DNA of 64,000 nt from an uncultured delta proteobacterium (lineage in GTDB: Bacteria; Myxococcota_A; UBA9160; UBA4427): the NCBI GenBank assembly GCA_963822965.1, contig CAWGJT010000014.1, forward strand, positions 256,001-320,000, written 5' to 3'. Under the pieces are notes generated by a model. It saw only the letters and a program-made list of their open reading frames with translations. It did no database searches and was not told the DNA's origin. Shown here piece after piece: positions 39,329-49,182 of this stretch (the stretch's first letter is position 1; the number at the start of each line of letters is the position of its first letter). Both the position numbers and the translations under genes were made by a program.

Positions 39329-41792
39329 ATGTCCACGAACGAGCCGAACGAAGCCTCCTCCGCGTCGGGGTCGGGACCGCTCGAAGGTCTCACCGTCCTC
39401 GAGCTCGGCGAGAGGGTGGCCGCCCCGTACTGCACCAAGCTCTTCGGAGATCTCGGGGCGGACGTCATCAAGGTCGAGCATCCGACGGGCGGCGATCCGT
39501 CCCGTCTGCGCGGCCCCTTTCCCGGGGACGAGCCCGATCCCGAGCGCAGCGCGACCTTCCTCTATCTCAACACCAGCAAGCGTTCGCTTCGCCTCGATCT
39601 CGAGACGCAGGACGGACGCCGGGTGTTCGCCGCGTTGGCGGCCCGGGCCGACGTCCTCGTCGAGGACCGGGCTCCCGGCGTGCTGGATGCCTTGGGGCTG
39701 GGGCCTGCCACCCTGTGCCGCAGCAACCCGAAGCTCGTGGTCACGTCGATCACGCCCTTCGGGCAGACGGGACCCTGCTGCCAGCACCGGAGCTACCACC
39801 TCAACCTCTACCACTCGGCGGGACACGCCTCTCCGTTCGCGTCCCTCGGCGCCGGGCAGTCTCGCGCGCCGTCCCGGGCCGGGGGCTCCCTGGGCGAGTA
39901 CGACGCCGGCCTGACGGCGGCGCTGGGAGCTTTGGCTGCCGTGCTCGGGTCGCGAGGCCGGCGGGCGCGGCCAGCACATCGACGTCTCGAAGCAGGAAGC
40001 CATGATGTGCCTCGAGCGCGTCACCATCGGCCGCTTCGCCAACGAGCCCGACCCCTTCTCGGGCCGTGGGCCCGGAGGCCTGACCCGCGCGCACGACGGC
40101 TGGGTGATGCTGACGACCCTCGAGGCGCACCAGTGGGAAGGCCTCGTGCGGGCGATGGGAAGTCCGTCGTGGGCGGAGGCGCCGTGGTGTCGGACTGCGG
40201 CGGCCCGCGGCGAGCACGCCGACGAGGTCCAGGCGCACCTCGACGAATGGGCCGCGACGCGAACGCGCGAGGAGATCTATCACGCGGCCCAGGCCGAGGG
40301 AACGCCCGCGGCGCCGGTGCGCAACGTGGCCGAGGTGCTCGCGTGGCAGCAGGCCCGCGCGCGCGGCTTCTTCCGCGAGCTCGACTTCTTCGCCGAGCCC
40401 GGCCACCCCGAGACCGGCCTGCTCGAGGTTCCCACCGCGGCCTACCGCTTCTCGCGTTCGGCCTGGGTGGGACGCCGGGCGCCTCGCCTGGGCGAGCACG
40501 ACGAGGAGATCCTGCGCGAGCTCGCCGCGCCGCGGATCGAGGTCGCGAATGCGCCGGTCGAGCCGCACGGGGCGGCCCCGCCCGAGCCCCGCGAAGGGCC
40601 GCTCTCGGGCGTCCGGGTCGCCGACTTCACCTGGGCGTGGGCGGGGCCCCAGGGCTCGCTGCTGCTCGGCATGCTCGGCGCCGAGATCATCAAGATCGAG
40701 AGCCGCGCGCGGCTCGACCACTCGCGCGTCCACTCGCTCACCGCCGGCAGCTTGCAGGGCGGCATCGACGAGTCGCCGGTCTTCAACGACCTCAATCTCG
40801 GCAAGCGTTCGGTGACCTTGAACCTGCGCACGGATCGGGGACGCGAGCTCGTCCGAGAGCTCGTCGCACGCAGCGACGTGGTGTTGCAGAACATGCGGCC
40901 CGGCGTGCTCGATCGCATGGGCCTCGGCTACCAGGCGCTCCGCGCCGTGAAGCCCGACGTGATCATGCTCTCCTCTTCCGCCGTGGGTGCCACGGGCCCG
41001 GAAGGCTCGTACGCGGGCTACGCGCCGACCTTCGCCTGCCTGTCCGGCATCGCGAGCATCTCCGGTCATCCGGACGAGCCACCCCTGGCTCTCAGCGGAT
41101 CGGTCGACTTGCGGGTCGGGACCGCCTCGGCGTTCGCCGTGCTGGCGGCCCTGCGGCATCGCCAGCGCACCGGCGAAGGCCAGAGCATCGACCTCTCCTC
41201 CACCGAGGTGATGACCTCGATGATGGGGGAGGCGATCCTCGGCTACGAGCTCGACGGCCGGATCCCGGAGCGCATCGGGAACCGGGACGAGCAGATGGCG
41301 CCCCACGGCTGCTATCGCTGTCGCGGCGAGGGCGAGTGGGTCACGATCGCGGTCGGCGGCGACGAGGAGTGGCGGGCCTTCCGGTCGCGGGTGCGCGACC
41401 CGCAGCTCGACGGGCCCGACTTCGCGACGGCCGCGTCGCGCAAGCAGAACGAGAAGCGCCTCGACGAGTGCGTCGAGCGCTGGACCCGGACGCGATCGGT
41501 GGAGGAGGCGGTGGCGACGCTGCAGGAGGTGGGCGTCGCGGCGGCGCGCCTGCAGACAGGAGCGACCCTCTCCCGCGACCCCCACGTGCTGGCGCGCGGC
41601 GTCTTCGAGCGCATCCCCCATCCGCTGCTGGGGCAGAGGAGGGTGGTGCGCCCGCCCTGGCGGATGGAGGGCGCGCGGATCGCCGGTCCCGCGCCGCTCC
41701 TGGGGGAGCACAACGACTACGTGCTCGGCGAGATCCTCGGCCTCGACGCCCAGGAGATCGCCGGCCTGGTGGCCGCCGAGGTGGTGTACTGA
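39329..41792 (+). CDS. class III CoA-transferase (CaiB/BaiF), two domains fused; frameshift near ~39955
   Basis: Two copies of 'GPL.G..V...GA.VIK.E...N.GKRS..L.L' and two 'AP.LGEH' tails; the inter-domain junction lies inside one open frame. Confidence 0.88.
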
Positions 41793-42062
41793 GCGCGGGT
41801 ACGCCGCGTTCCCACCACGACGCGGCGCGGCTGATACAGTAGAGGGTGGATCTGGATTCTGCGGTTCGGTCCGAGCAGGGGCTTGGACCGCTCGGAAACG
41901 GCGAACACGAGGCGACACAAGGGAGGGGGGCGCATGCGAAGGCCGACGGTGAGCGGCGAGACACGTGTCGATACGCTGGAAACGGCGATTGCCGGGGCCG
42001 TCCAGGCTCGGGGGAACACGGCCCGGCCCGGGAGTCCCGCTCGGCGAGGCGCGCCCGGTCCA

Positions 42063-42524
42063 TTGGGGCCCTCGTGGAAGAGCTGTGCGCGAGGCGCGCT
42101 GACCCTGCTCTTCGTTCTGGCTGTGACGATTCTCCCCGGATGCAGTGGCTCGGAGGAGTCTGCTCCGGCCTCCGGGTCGTCGGCTGCTCCCGCGGCCGCG
42201 GCGCCCGCCAAGCCCGCGCCCGACGCAGCGGCGGTGGTGGCGCAAGCGGATCAGATCTTCAACAGCCGGTGCGTGACCTGTCACGGTCCCGAGGGCCGGG
42301 GCGATGGTCCGGGATCCACCGCGCTCGACCCCAAGCCCCGGAATTTCCAGGATCCTCAGTGGCAGGACTCCGTCAGCGACGACCACATCGCGAAGATCAT
42401 CCAGTACGGCGGAGCGGCGGTCGGGAAGGCTCCCATGATGCCCGGCAACCCGGATCTCATGTCCAAGCCCGAGGTCGTGGCGGCACTCGTGAAGCACGTC
42501 CGAAGCCTGCGCGGGGGCTCCTAG
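42063..42524 (+). CDS. monoheme c-type cytochrome lipoprotein upstream of nosZ (start uncertain: TTG 42063 or ATG 41934)
   Basis: Lipobox 'ILPGC', Ala/Pro linker, 'CVTCHG..G.GDG...PRNF', distal 'MMP'. Confidence 0.85.
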   Translation: MGPSWKSCARGALTLLFVLAVTILPGCSGSEESAPASGSSAAPAAAAPAKPAPDAAAVVAQADQIFNSRCVTCHGPEGRGDGPGSTALDPKPRNFQDPQWQDSVSDDHIAKIIQYGGAAVGKAPMMPGNPDLMSKPEVVAALVKHVRSLRGGS

Positions 42525-42542
42525 TCGTCGATCCCGCATGCC

Positions 42543-42558
42543 CGGCACGCCTGTTGCA
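42543..42558 (+). promoter_or_regulatory. sigma-54 (-24/-12) promoter for nosZ
   Basis: CGGCAC-GCCTG-TTGCA, exact GG-N10-GC spacing, 36 bp upstream of the nosZ ATG. Confidence 0.8.
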
Positions 42559-42594
42559 CCATTTTCAGCACACAACGGGCTCGGGGAGCATGCC

Positions 42595-44603
42595 ATGAAG
42601 ACGATCCACTACGGAGCTTTTCACACACTAGGGCGCTTCCTCCCGGAGGTTCGGCGGCCCGTGCTGCTCTGCCTGGCCGTGGCGTCGATCCTGCTGCCTG
42701 GCTGTGGCCAGGAGGCTTCGCTGCAGCCCGGCGCGGGCGGAGGGGTGGGCAGCGCGGTCACCGCGCTGATGCAGGCGCGCGGTCTCTCCGAGGCGGACGT
42801 CAGCGCGGCCCTCAAGACCTACACGCCCACGGGGGGCCGCGACGACTACCTGATCTTCGCCTCGGGCGGGCACTCGGGCCAGGTGCTGGTGATCGGCGTG
42901 CCCAGCATGCGCATCCTCAAGGTCATCGCCGTCTTCACCCCGGAGCCGTGGCAGGGGTACGGCTACGGCGACGAGACCGACGGTCTGCTGGCCGAAGGGG
43001 AGCGGCGAGGCAAGAACATCCGGTGGGCCGACACCCACCATCCGGCACTCAGCGAGACGGCCGGTGACTACGACGGCAAGTTCCTCTTCATCAACGACAA
43101 GGCGAATGCACGGGTGGCGGTGATCGATCTCCACGACTTCGTGACCGCGCAGATCGTGACGAGCCAGCTCATCGAGTCGGACCACGGGGCCACCTTCGTC
43201 ACGCCGAACACGGAATACGTGGTGGAGAGCGCCCAGTATCCGACGCCTCTCGGGGGCGGCTATGCGCCCATCGAGGACTACGAGAAGAGCTACCGCGGGG
43301 CAGCGATCTTCTGGAAGTTCGACCGCGAGAAGGGTCGCATCGTGCCCGAGAAATCGTTCGCCATCGAGCTGCCGCCCTACATGCAAGACCTCACCGACGC
43401 GGGCAAGCTCGTGAGCGACGGCTGGGTGTTCATCAACTCGTTCAACACCGAGCGGTCCTGGGGTGGCGACCTCGAGGGCAAGCCGCCCCTGGAGTCGGGC
43501 GCCTCCCAGAACGACATGGACTATCTCCACGTCATCAACTGGCGGGCGGCCGAGAAGGTGGCAGAAGCGGGGAAGACCGAGACGATCGCCGGCATGCGCG
43601 TGATTCGCCTGCCGACCGCCATCGAGGAGGGCCTCCTCTACTTCGTCGGCGAGCCGAAGAGCCCCCACGGTGTCGACGTGACGCCCGACGGGAAGTACAT
43701 GGTGGTCTCCGGAAAGCTCGACACCCACACCACGATCTACGACTTCGCGAAGATCCAGGACCTGATCGCCCAGAAGAAGTTCGTCGGTACCGACGACTAC
43801 GGCGTTCCGATCCTGCCGTTCGAGGAGGCGATCCGGGGTCAGGTCGAGGTGGGTCTGGGGCCGTTGCACACACAGTACGACGCGGACGGGAACGCCTACA
43901 CCTCGCTCTTCCTGGAGTCGAAGGTGGCCAAGTGGAGCCTCGCGGACATGCAGGTGATCGAGAAGATCCCGGTCCACTACAACGTCGGTCACATCCTGAC
44001 GCCCGAGGGCGACACCGTGAGCCCGGACGGGAAGTTCCTCGTCTCGATGAACAAGTGGGCGATCGACCGCTTCAACGACGTGGGCCCGCTGCTGCCCGCA
44101 GAACTTCCAGCTCATCGATACGAGCGGCGACAAGATGCAGCTGCTCTACGACCTGCCGATTCCGATCGGGGAGCCCCACTACGCGCAGATGATCAAGGCC
44201 GACAAGGTTCATCCCATCGAGGTCTACTCGCCCGTCGGAACCAACTCCATCACTCGCCAGGTCGATCCCTACGCGGTGAAGGCCGGCGAGGAGCGGATCG
44301 AGCGCAAGGCGGACGGCGTGCACGTCTACATGACCGCCGTGCGAAGCCATTTCACGCCGGATATCGATGCGCGTGAAGAAGGGCGATCGCGTCCACCTGC
44401 ACATCACGAACGTCGAGCAGGCGAAGGACGCCACGCACGGCTTCGCGATCGGATCGCACAACATCAACCTCTCGCTCGAGCCGGGGGAGCACTCGAACGT
44501 GGACTTCGTGGCCGACGAGGTGGGCGTCTTCCCGCTCTACTGCACGGAATTCTGCTCCGCACTCCATCTCGAGATGGCGGGCTACTTCCTCGTCGAGCCG
44601 TGA
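42595..44603 (+). CDS. nosZ: clade II (Sec-type, probably lipoprotein) nitrous oxide reductase; frameshifts near ~44097 and ~44365
   Basis: 'SGGHSGQ', all seven CuZ His contexts (DTHH, SDH, SPH, DTH, PLH, EPH), CuA 'CTEFCSALHLEM'; no Tat consensus; lipobox 'LLPGC'. Confidence 0.95.
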
Positions 44604-45952
44604 GGCGTCGTCAGCGGAGCGCGCGGGCCTGCACAACCGGGCTGCAGGCCCGCGGGGTGCAGGCTTGCGCCGCCGCACTCGTTCTGGGGCTCGCGCTGAC
44701 GAGCGGAGCGAGTGATGCGCCCGCATCATCGCCGCCCGAGAGACCGGACACCTGCGTCCGGGTCGCCGCCGGAGACGATCTCCGGCAGCGGCTCGCCGAA
44801 GCGCCGGCCGGCGCACGGCTCTGTCTCGAGCCGGGGGAGTACGCCGGCCCGATCCGCATCGAGCGTCCGGTGGTGCTCTGGGGCCCCCGCGAGGCGGTGA
44901 TCCGTTCTCATGGCAGCGGCAGCACCGTGACCGTCGAGGCCTCGGGTTCGTCGCTTCTCGGCTTCACGGTGGACGGAAGCGGCGGTCGATTCGATCTCCT
45001 GGACGCCGCCGTGCGCATTCGCGCGAACGACGTCCGCGTCGAGGAAGTGTGCATCCGGAACGCCCTCTTCGGCGTACTGGCGGAGCAGTCGAACCGCCTG
45101 CTGCTGCGAGGCAACGAGGTCCAGGGCACGCCGGGCAAGGTGCTGGGCATGCGCGGTGACGGCATCCGGCTCTGGGAGGTCCGCGAGTCGCGCATCGAGC
45201 ACAACCGCATCCGTGACAGCCGGGACCTCGTGGTCTGGTACTCGCCCGGCAATCACTTCGACGGCAACGTGATCGAGGGAGGGCGCTACGGGACCCACTT
45301 CATGTACAGCCATCGGAACGTGGTCGAGGGCTCTCGCTATCGAGGCAACGTGGTGGGAATCTTCGCGATGTACAGCCGCGATCTCGTAATCCGCGACAAT
45401 CTGCTGGCAGAGGCGACTGGCGCGGCCGGCGTGGGCCTCGGCGCCAAGGAGTCGGGAAACCTGGTGGTCGAGGGCAACTGGATCGTGGCCAACACGACGG
45501 GCATCTACCTCGACACGACGCCGCTCGATCCGGCGGATCACGATCGCTTCGTGGGCAACGTCGTGCGCTTCTCCGACGTCGGGGTGATCTTCCACGGTCC
45601 GGCCGCGCGGAACGACTTCGAGGGCAACCTCTTCGCCGACAACGAGGCGCAGGTCCGCGTCGAGGGGCGGGGCGACGCCACCGACGCCGACTGGGCCGGC
45701 AATACCTGGGACGACTACGCGGGCTACGACCTCGACGGCGATGGAAGGGGAGACGTTCCGTACGCGGTGCGGAGCCTCTCCAGCGATCTCGTCGCGCGGG
45801 TTCCTGCGCTCGCGTGGTTCCGTGGGTCGGCGGCGTTGGCACTCGTCGACCTGGTGGGCCGAGCGGTGCCTCTCTTCCAGTCGACCACGCTGCTGGTCGA
45901 CCCCGCGCCGCGCATGCGTGCGCAAGCGCCCGAGCCGCCCGATGCAGGTTGA
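44600..45952 (+). CDS. nosD: NosD periplasmic beta-helix maturation protein (start 44600 or 44657)
   Basis: 'RGDGIRLW', 'RYGTHFMYS', 'GN.WDDY.GYDLDGDGRGDVPY', 'DP.PRM'. Confidence 0.92.
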   Translation: MRRRQRSARACTTGLQARGVQACAAALVLGLALTSGASDAPASSPPERPDTCVRVAAGDDLRQRLAEAPAGARLCLEPGEYAGPIRIERPVVLWGPREAVIRSHGSGSTVTVEASGSSLLGFTVDGSGGRFDLLDAAVRIRANDVRVEEVCIRNALFGVLAEQSNRLLLRGNEVQGTPGKVLGMRGDGIRLWEVRESRIEHNRIRDSRDLVVWYSPGNHFDGNVIEGGRYGTHFMYSHRNVVEGSRYRGNVVGIFAMYSRDLVIRDNLLAEATGAAGVGLGAKESGNLVVEGNWIVANTTGIYLDTTPLDPADHDRFVGNVVRFSDVGVIFHGPAARNDFEGNLFADNEAQVRVEGRGDATDADWAGNTWDDYAGYDLDGDGRGDVPYAVRSLSSDLVARVPALAWFRGSAALALVDLVGRAVPLFQSTTLLVDPAPRMRAQAPEPPDAG

Positions 45953-46838
45953 GGCCCGAGCCCTCACGCGTCGTTTCGGATCCGTGCGGGCGCTCGACGG
46001 TCTCGACTTCACGATCCCGTGCGGTCGTCGCGTCGCGCTGGTGGGCCCCAACGGATCGGGCAAGTCCACCCTCAACCGCATCCTGATGGGCCTGCTGCGC
46101 TTCGAGGGCGAGGTCTCGGTCGGCGGCTTCTCCCCGCTGGCCGACCGACTCGACGTGTCTCGTCGCATCGCCTACGTGCCCCAGAGCGCGCCCAACCTCG
46201 GCGCGCCCGTGGGTGAGCTGGTGCGCGCTTTGGGCGGGCTTCGCGGCGTGACGCCGGCCGACGTCGCGAAGCCCGCGCTGCGGCTGGGGCTGGACCTCGA
46301 GAGCGTGTCCCGACGACCGCTGCGTGGCCTCTCGGGCGGGATGAAGCAGAAGCTCCTGTTGGCGCTCGCTCTCGCGGCGCCGGCCTCGCTGCTGATCGTC
46401 GACGAGCCCACGGGCAGCCTGGACGCCGCGAGTCGCGAGCGCTTCTTCGAGCTCTTCGCGGAGCGTTCGGCCGGGGCGACGGTGATCCTGTGCTCTCACC
46501 GACTGGAGGAGGTGCGGCAGCTCGTCGATCACGTGCTTCTCCTCGACGAGGGACGCCTTGCCTACGACGGAGCCGTGGACGAGTTCCTGGCCGCGGCCGC
46601 CCGCAGCGTGCTCGAGGTGCGCGTCGAGGGCGCCACGGCCGAGGGCTGGGTCGCGAGCCGCGGCTTCCGCCGCGGCGTCGGTGGCTGGTGGCTGCGCAAT
46701 GCGACGCCGCCGGAGAAGCTCGCCCTGATCTCGGAGATCACCCGGCACCTCGGCGCCTCGCTGCGCGACCTGAACGCCCGCGACCTCGAAGCGCTGGAGA
46801 CCGACGAATCGGAGGGAAGGAGTGGCGGCCATGGCTGA
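45942..46838 (+). CDS. nosF: ABC transporter ATPase NosF
   Basis: 'GPNGSGKST', 'LSGGMKQK', 'DEPT', 'SH'; between nosD and nosL. Confidence 0.9.
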   Translation: MQVEARALTRRFGSVRALDGLDFTIPCGRRVALVGPNGSGKSTLNRILMGLLRFEGEVSVGGFSPLADRLDVSRRIAYVPQSAPNLGAPVGELVRALGGLRGVTPADVAKPALRLGLDLESVSRRPLRGLSGGMKQKLLLALALAAPASLLIVDEPTGSLDAASRERFFELFAERSAGATVILCSHRLEEVRQLVDHVLLLDEGRLAYDGAVDEFLAAAARSVLEVRVEGATAEGWVASRGFRRGVGGWWLRNATPPEKLALISEITRHLGASLRDLNARDLEALETDESEGRSGGHG

Positions 46839-47334
46839 GCACCGTCTCCTCGCGGTGTTCGCCGCCGGGGCCGTGCTGGTGGGCGCCGTCATGTGGGCCG
46901 TGCTCTCTTCCTCCGGTCCGCCCGCTGGGCCGGTTCCCGTCGCATGGGACGCGACTCGCTGCACGCGTTGTCGCATGCTGATCTCCGAGCCGGGCTTTGC
47001 CGGGCAGCTCCACACCGAGGACGGCCGTGTCCTCTTCTTCGACGACCCTGGCTGCCTGCTGGTCTACCTGCACGAAGAGAAGCCCGACGTGCACGCCATC
47101 TGGCTCCATCACTACCGAGACGATCGTTGGATCTCGCGCGACCGCGTCGTCTTCGAGGAAGTCTCAGCGAGCCCGATGGGCTACGGGCTCGCGGCCTTCG
47201 AGCGCGGCGAGGTCCCGGACGGGCTCGAGTGGGACGTCGCCCTCTCGCGGGCGATCGAGCGCGACGAGGAGCGCGCAGGCCGTGCGGCAGCGGAGCGGGT
47301 GCCGAGGGATCGCGCGCCCGGAGTCGCCCCGTGA
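46831..47334 (+). CDS. nosL: NosL-like copper chaperone with N-terminal TM anchor
   Basis: 'CTRCRMLI', 'FDDPGCL', 'SPMGYGL.AF'. Confidence 0.82.
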   Translation: MAEHRLLAVFAAGAVLVGAVMWAVLSSSGPPAGPVPVAWDATRCTRCRMLISEPGFAGQLHTEDGRVLFFDDPGCLLVYLHEEKPDVHAIWLHHYRDDRWISRDRVVFEEVSASPMGYGLAAFERGEVPDGLEWDVALSRAIERDEERAGRAAAERVPRDRAPGVAP

Positions 47335-48200
47335 GCGGACCCGACCGCGGTGCGCGGCGCGCGCGTCGGCTCGATGACTTCGTGGCGGTTGCGCGCCTCG
47401 ATCTCGCCGAGGTGGTGCGATCCCGCTGGCTGGTCGTCTGCCTCGTGCTCTACGGCGTTCTGGCGGCCCTCTTCGTATTGGTGGGGCTCCGCGAGTCGAG
47501 CGTCATGGGCTTCACGGGCATGGGGAGGGTGCTCTTCTCGCTCTGTCACGCACTCCTCCTCCTCCTGCCCCTCGTGGCGCTCGCCGTCACCGGCCAGGTG
47601 GTGAACCGGGCCCGCGACGACGGCGCGCTGGAGCTGCTTCTGAGCCACCCGATCCGACGCACCAGCTATCTCGCCGCCGTCACCGTCGTTCGCTTCGTGG
47701 CTCTGACCTTGCCCCTGGTGGCGCTGCTCCTGGGGCTCGGCGTGGTGGGGCACTTCGCGTTCGGTCAGCCCGTTCCCTGGCACTTCGTGCTCCGGGCGGC
47801 GTCACTCTGTGCCGCGCTCCTCTGGGCCTTCACGGCCCTGGGAATCGCGATCTCGGTCGTGGTACGCAGTCCGGCGCGCGCCATGATGGCGTTGATCGTC
47901 GCGTGGGCGCTCGGTGTGGCGTTGCTCGACTTCGGTTTGATCGGTTTGATGCTGACCTGGCGGATCGAGCCCCACGCCGTGTTCGTGCTGGCTGCGGCCA
48001 ACCCCGTGCAGGCGGTACGCATGGCGCTGCTCTCCTCTGCGCAGCCGGATCTGGCGACGCTCGGGCCCGTGGGCTTCTACCTCGCTCACCGCTTCGGGCC
48101 GGACGGGCTGATGGTGCTCGGGCTCGCATGGCCGGCGCTCTTCGGAACGCTCGCCTGGCTCGCGGCCCTGCTGGGCCTGCGCCGTGGAGACCTGGTGTAG
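47331..48200 (+). CDS. nosY: ABC transporter permease NosY
   Basis: About 6 TM, 'G.LELLLSHPI.R', 'NPV...R'; GTGA overlap with nosL. Confidence 0.88.
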   Translation: MSGPDRGARRARRLDDFVAVARLDLAEVVRSRWLVVCLVLYGVLAALFVLVGLRESSVMGFTGMGRVLFSLCHALLLLLPLVALAVTGQVVNRARDDGALELLLSHPIRRTSYLAAVTVVRFVALTLPLVALLLGLGVVGHFAFGQPVPWHFVLRAASLCAALLWAFTALGIAISVVVRSPARAMMALIVAWALGVALLDFGLIGLMLTWRIEPHAVFVLAAANPVQAVRMALLSSAQPDLATLGPVGFYLAHRFGPDGLMVLGLAWPALFGTLAWLAALLGLRRGDLV

Positions 48201-48292
48201 ACAGCGACGCGCCGGAGTGCCGCAGCCAAGAGAGCGAAGGACGCTACGACAGCACGGAGAGACCCAGAGAGAACCGAGAGGAGGAAGCCGTC

Positions 48293-48928
48293 TTGCAGAA
48301 CCGAGTCGATCACTTCTACCGCGTGATGAGCCGTCCCATCGTCTTCCCCAGCCGCTGGCTCCTGGGGCTGCTGGTGATTCCGCTGATGCTCAGCTTCACG
48401 GCGCCGCTCTGGAGCATGCACTTCCACGCGCCCCAGTATCCGCAGGGCCTCGGCTTCGAGATCTACTCGTACACCGTCGAAGGGGACATCCAGGAGATCA
48501 ACACCCTGAACCACTACATCGGCATGGCCCACCTCGATCGTGCCTCGCTGTCGGATCTCAACTGGCTCCCGTTCGCACTGGGTGGGATCATCCTGCTGAG
48601 CCTGCGGGTGGCGGCGGTCGGCGATCTGCGATCGCTCGTCGATCTGGTCGTCCTCTTCACGTACTTCTCGGTCTTCTCGATGGCGCGCTTCGCCTATCAG
48701 CTGTACGTCTACGGCCACAATCTCGACCCGAAGGCGCCGATCACCGTCGACCCGTTCACGCCCGCGATCTTCGGCACGAAGCAGATCGCCAACTTCACCA
48801 CCCAGAGCTACCCGGCCGCCGGCACCTTCTGGATCGGCGCCTTCGCCACCGGTCTCATCGCCGTGCTGGTCTGGAATGCGACGGCGTTGTGGCGTCGGGA
48901 GCCGCCCCTGCGCGCGTCGTCCTCGTAG
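48293..48928 (+). CDS. nosB: clade II nos-associated membrane protein (NosB-like)
   Basis: 'PLW....APQYPQGL', 'INTLNHYIGM', 'YGHNLDP.API', 'IANF...SYP'; GAGGAGG RBS before TTG 48293. Confidence 0.8.
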   Translation: MQNRVDHFYRVMSRPIVFPSRWLLGLLVIPLMLSFTAPLWSMHFHAPQYPQGLGFEIYSYTVEGDIQEINTLNHYIGMAHLDRASLSDLNWLPFALGGIILLSLRVAAVGDLRSLVDLVVLFTYFSVFSMARFAYQLYVYGHNLDPKAPITVDPFTPAIFGTKQIANFTTQSYPAAGTFWIGAFATGLIAVLVWNATALWRREPPLRASSS

Positions 48929-48986
48929 CGACGACGCGTTTCCGCGCCAGAGTGACGCGGGATGGATCGGCTGGGTTCGTGCGCGG

Positions 48987-49175
48987 ATGAAATGGAGGGA
49001 GACCGAGGACGGCGTTCTTCATTTCGAGCACCGTGCCCGCATCCGGCTGCGCCAGCAGGACGTGGCCGATGTCCTGAGGCTCTCCCGCGAGAGCGTCTCC
49101 CGGGTGCTGACGTCGCCGCAGATGCGCAGGCGGCTCGATCTGGGCCGCGGCAGCATCGTCCTGATCGGCGTCTGA
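48987..49175 (+). pseudogene. isolated Crp/Fnr-type HTH domain (62 aa); remnant or stand-alone mini-regulator
   Basis: 'RQQDVADVLRLSRESVSRVL...L..GRGSI' matches the Crp HTH (RE.VSR); no sensory domain upstream. Confidence 0.55.
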
Positions 49176-49182
49176 ACCCCGC

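Noticed and set aside
41977..41992. Sigma-54-like TGGAAAC...TTGC upstream of the cytochrome c gene
   Set aside because: Spacing is N11 rather than the strictly required N10.
42595..42705. Twin-arginine (Tat) signal in NosZ ('EVRRPV')
   Set aside because: Lacks the S/T-R-R-x-F-L-K consensus; the h-region ends in a lipobox and the sequence is clade II-like.
44090..44380. Split nosZ with a separate CuA-domain gene, or programmed frameshifting
   Set aside because: No slippery heptamer seen; the sequence is continuous NosZ once two small indels are corrected, like the other indels in the window.
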